Shown: one piece after another, positions 61,383 through 64,000 of the stretch
Layout: each line of letters opens with the position of its first letter
How positions within the stretch are numbered: position 1 is the stretch's first letter
Source: Podospora anserina
Taxonomy: Eukaryota
DNA length: 64,000 nt
Direction: 5' to 3'
Assembly (NCBI GenBank): GCA_017654855.1
Contig: CM030332.1
Coordinates: 4,092,001 to 4,156,000, forward strand
Notes under the pieces: generated by a model
Told to the model about the DNA's origin: nothing
What the model saw: only the letters and a program-made list of their open reading frames with translations
Databases searched by the model: none
Translations under genes and position numbers: made by a program

Positions 61383-61950
61383 TCCTTATTTTTGCTCTTT
61401 TTCTTCTATCTGGTCCTGATCTGGGACGGCTTGATAAAACAAATTTTGATGTGGATCTTGATGATCATACATACGATAACATGAAACAATCTATCACAGT
61501 GCATTCCTTCATTGTGGTCCCTTGTATAGAAATAGAGCTTGTAAATGTAGCATTGATACAGAGGCAAGATTATGCTATCAGTTCCCTCTCGGCGGCACAC
61601 AGCTACAGGTTGACATTTACTTGCTTTCTCAGGGGTGAAAAAGGGGACCCCGATAGCCTCATATCCATGCGGTCCCCGATACAACAATACCCCCACCAAG
61701 CCAGCTTCTCCCGCCCCACTCACCTACTCAAGCCACCAGGGCGCGTCAGGCTGGCCAAGCTCTGGAGAGCTTCACGAGTGAGGCTCAAGCTCAAACAGCA
61801 AAGCGCATCCAAAATAATTCTTAACCACCCCTTCCCGCACTCACAATTCGCACCTCCGACACATCGCCAACCACCCCTGAAAGCCCTCCTTTTCACCAAC
61901 CCCACAACACCACCCCTCCTCTCACTCTCAACCTCCCAACCCACAACAAA

Positions 61951-62315
61951 ATGTCAATCAACAGCTACATCTCCAGTCCGCCCCCCTCCCCTCCCCCCCC
62001 CCCATCCTCCCCTTTCGTCCCCCCATACTAACCTTGTCCCCTTCAGAAAAAGTCTGCATCATCACCACCGACGGCAGAACCCTGGTCGGCACCCTCGCCG
62101 CGTACGACAACACAACCAACCTCGTCCTCCAAAACACCATCGAGCGTATCATCCGCACCCCCGATGACGCCGAGCCCTCGGCCCAGGTTCCCCTGGGCCT
62201 CTACCTCATCCGCGGCGAGAACGTCTGCACGATCGGGCTCGTGGACGAGGCGCTAGACGACAGCATCAACTGGGCCGAGGTCAAGGGGGCTGTGATTGGG
62301 ACTACGAAGCATTAA
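61951..62315 (+). CDS. LSM8: U6 snRNA-associated Sm-like protein Lsm8, 2 exons
   Basis: MSINSYIS spliced (intron 61976-62046) to KKVCIITTDGRTLVGTL...DNTTNLVL...LGLYLIRGENVCTIGLVDE. Confidence 0.93.
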
Positions 62316-62576
62316 GCAACTAAGAGGCAAAGACTGGGGAGGTTAAAGATTTGATAAATACAAAGGAGAAGGAAGAATGGCACGTTAAGAGCTGGGTTTT
62401 GACTGTGAAGGAAATGATAATGGCCAGTTAAAAAGAGGTTTGGGAAGCGGCGGTTCTACTACAGCATTGGGAGAGGAAGCTTTGAGAAACAGTTATGGCG
62501 TTTAGGAGTCGCACACATATATGTGCAATGGTTTGCCTCGATGGGTATGCCCTCTCTTTCTCTGTTATTTCACAAA

Positions 62577-62577
<1 letters not shown>

Positions 62578-62607
<30 letters not shown>
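62578..62607. repeat. (CA)15 microsatellite
   Basis: Read directly from the sequence. Confidence 0.9.
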
Positions 62608-62610
<3 letters not shown>

Positions 62611-62742
62611 TTCGTTTTCGCTGACATTAACACGCAAAAGAATTCAAGAGATACCCCATGAGTAAAAGAAAAAAGCTGGTGATCATAGGAAGGAATCTAC
62701 AGAGTTTTATTTTTCCCCGTCTCAGACAAGTTCTACCTACAC

Positions 62743-64000
62743 CTAGGCAAAGATTCTGTCCAGCAAAATACCAGCAAAGGCATCCTGGCCCGGCGACGAC
62801 ACTACCCTGTTGATTCTGTTGCCCCTTCTCAGACTGAGCCAGCCCATCGTGTCACCAGGAACCTCATCGAACGTGACGGCATCCATTGGGTCCTCGGGGT
62901 GTGTCTCTACTGTGCTGTCGACCTCGGCCGGCTTGGCTCTCCCACGGTTATCGATGACGTGCATGCCCCTTGTCCACTGGCCGCAGGTCTCGACTCGGAT
63001 GTCTTCTGGCTTGGGCACAGTCGTCCACTGGGGATGGTCGCGCGTCAGCATGTACCAGATGGTCAGCGGGTCATGAAGGGACAGGCCCTCGTTGTGACCC
63101 TCGCCGAGCATCGAGTCAATCTTGTTAAAAGTGCCATTCAAAAAGGTTTCAGTCCACTTGGCAAGGGGACTGCCTTGCTTCAGCAACGGCTGGATCTTTT
63201 GGTTGAAAGTCTCCTTGTGGAGCTCGTGGGGAGTAGTGATATCCAAGGGGAACAAGCTCAGCTTGAGTTGACGGGGCAACTTCTCAGGATAGGCACCCAG
63301 GACCGACTTGCCGTGTATTGTTGGTGGCATCGTCGATGAGGGGACCTTGGACGTGAGAGCGTAAACTCTGGCAGCGGCAACAGCATCGGCCATGCAGTTG
63401 AACTCGGCCACAGGAGTCACGTTTCCGATGGTGTTGACAGCACCTCCCATCACAACAAGCTCCTTGACGCGGAGGAAGGTCTCAGGGTCCTTGGCGGCTG
63501 CGAGGGCAACGTTGGTGAGTGGCCCAACGGCAACGACTGTGATGGTGTCCTCTGGCTCTTCCCTCAAGATGCGGAGGATCTCCTCGTGGGCAGGACCCTT
63601 GCTAGGGGTGAAGAAACGGGAGAATGATGGTGGCTCATCAGAGTCTGTAGCTCCCTCCACCTTGTCACCGAAAAGGGTGCGCCAGGTATCCGCGGGGCTC
63701 AGGTCAGGGTGCTACAGATACCAGTTTAGCCAAATGATGCCCCTATTCGCGATGTAAACAGATGGAAATCTTACAGCTGTGTGAACACCATGCAGCCCAT
63801 CCTCACCATCTATAACGCGGGTTAGGATTGTCCTCAGGACTCGAACTTTCCTAGACTAAACTTACGGAAATGGTCCGCCACCAGCTCTTCATCTTCCAGG
63901 GGATGAGAAGCACCAACGGCAACAATAGGCTTGTAAGCGTTCAAGGCACCAAAGGTAGGTTTGCCGTTGGCCTCGCGCCATTTCATTTCCTTCTCCAGCA
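62743..64000 (-). CDS. Inosine/uridine-preferring nucleoside hydrolase family protein (5' end outside window)
   Basis: ADHF|HGEDGLHGVH, VAVGPLTNVALA, VMGGA, GNVTPVAEFN, PLDIT, LHDPL. Confidence 0.92.

Noticed and set aside
61151-62167. 338-aa ORF spanning the second tRNA and LSM8 5' region
   Set aside because: Runs through a tRNA gene, promoter and intron; its similarity to ORF 30975-31268 is only the translated tRNA.

Overview
Eukaryotic genomic DNA from a filamentous ascomycete. Short GT-AG introns with CTAAC/CTGAC branch points, a dispersed single 5S rRNA gene and the codon style suggest Sordariales, possibly Podospora-like (inference). The window is mostly conserved housekeeping genes: 6-phosphogluconate dehydrogenase, TAF7, an RBM42-like RRM protein, a TPT-family transporter, a GH15 hydrolase, a TAF3-like protein, mitoribosomal mL54, the complex I NDUFB10-type subunit, nucleolin/Nsr1, Put2, a bHLH factor, verprolin, a CHORD-CS co-chaperone, a glutaredoxin-like protein, an HpcH aldolase, Lsm8 and a nucleoside hydrolase. 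It also holds two intron-containing tRNA-Glu(CTC) genes and a 5S rRNA gene. The one accessory-looking element is an orphan highly reducing PKS ending in a lone condensation domain (33.1-41.0 kb), broken by about five frameshifts and an apparent in-frame deletion. The most interesting leads are: (i) an uncharacterised protein with a BNIP3/NIX-like layout (N-terminal DESWVEV LIR-type motif and a C-terminal GxxxG membrane anchor), a candidate mitophagy receptor; (ii) an in-frame alternative 3' splice site adding 34 aa to the N-terminus of 6PGD; (iii) a structured region with an intron-like element downstream of the nucleolin gene; (iv) a possible 42-aa microprotein gene. No transposase, CRISPR array or recognisable mobile element was seen. 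All homology calls come from motif recognition by eye, not database searches.
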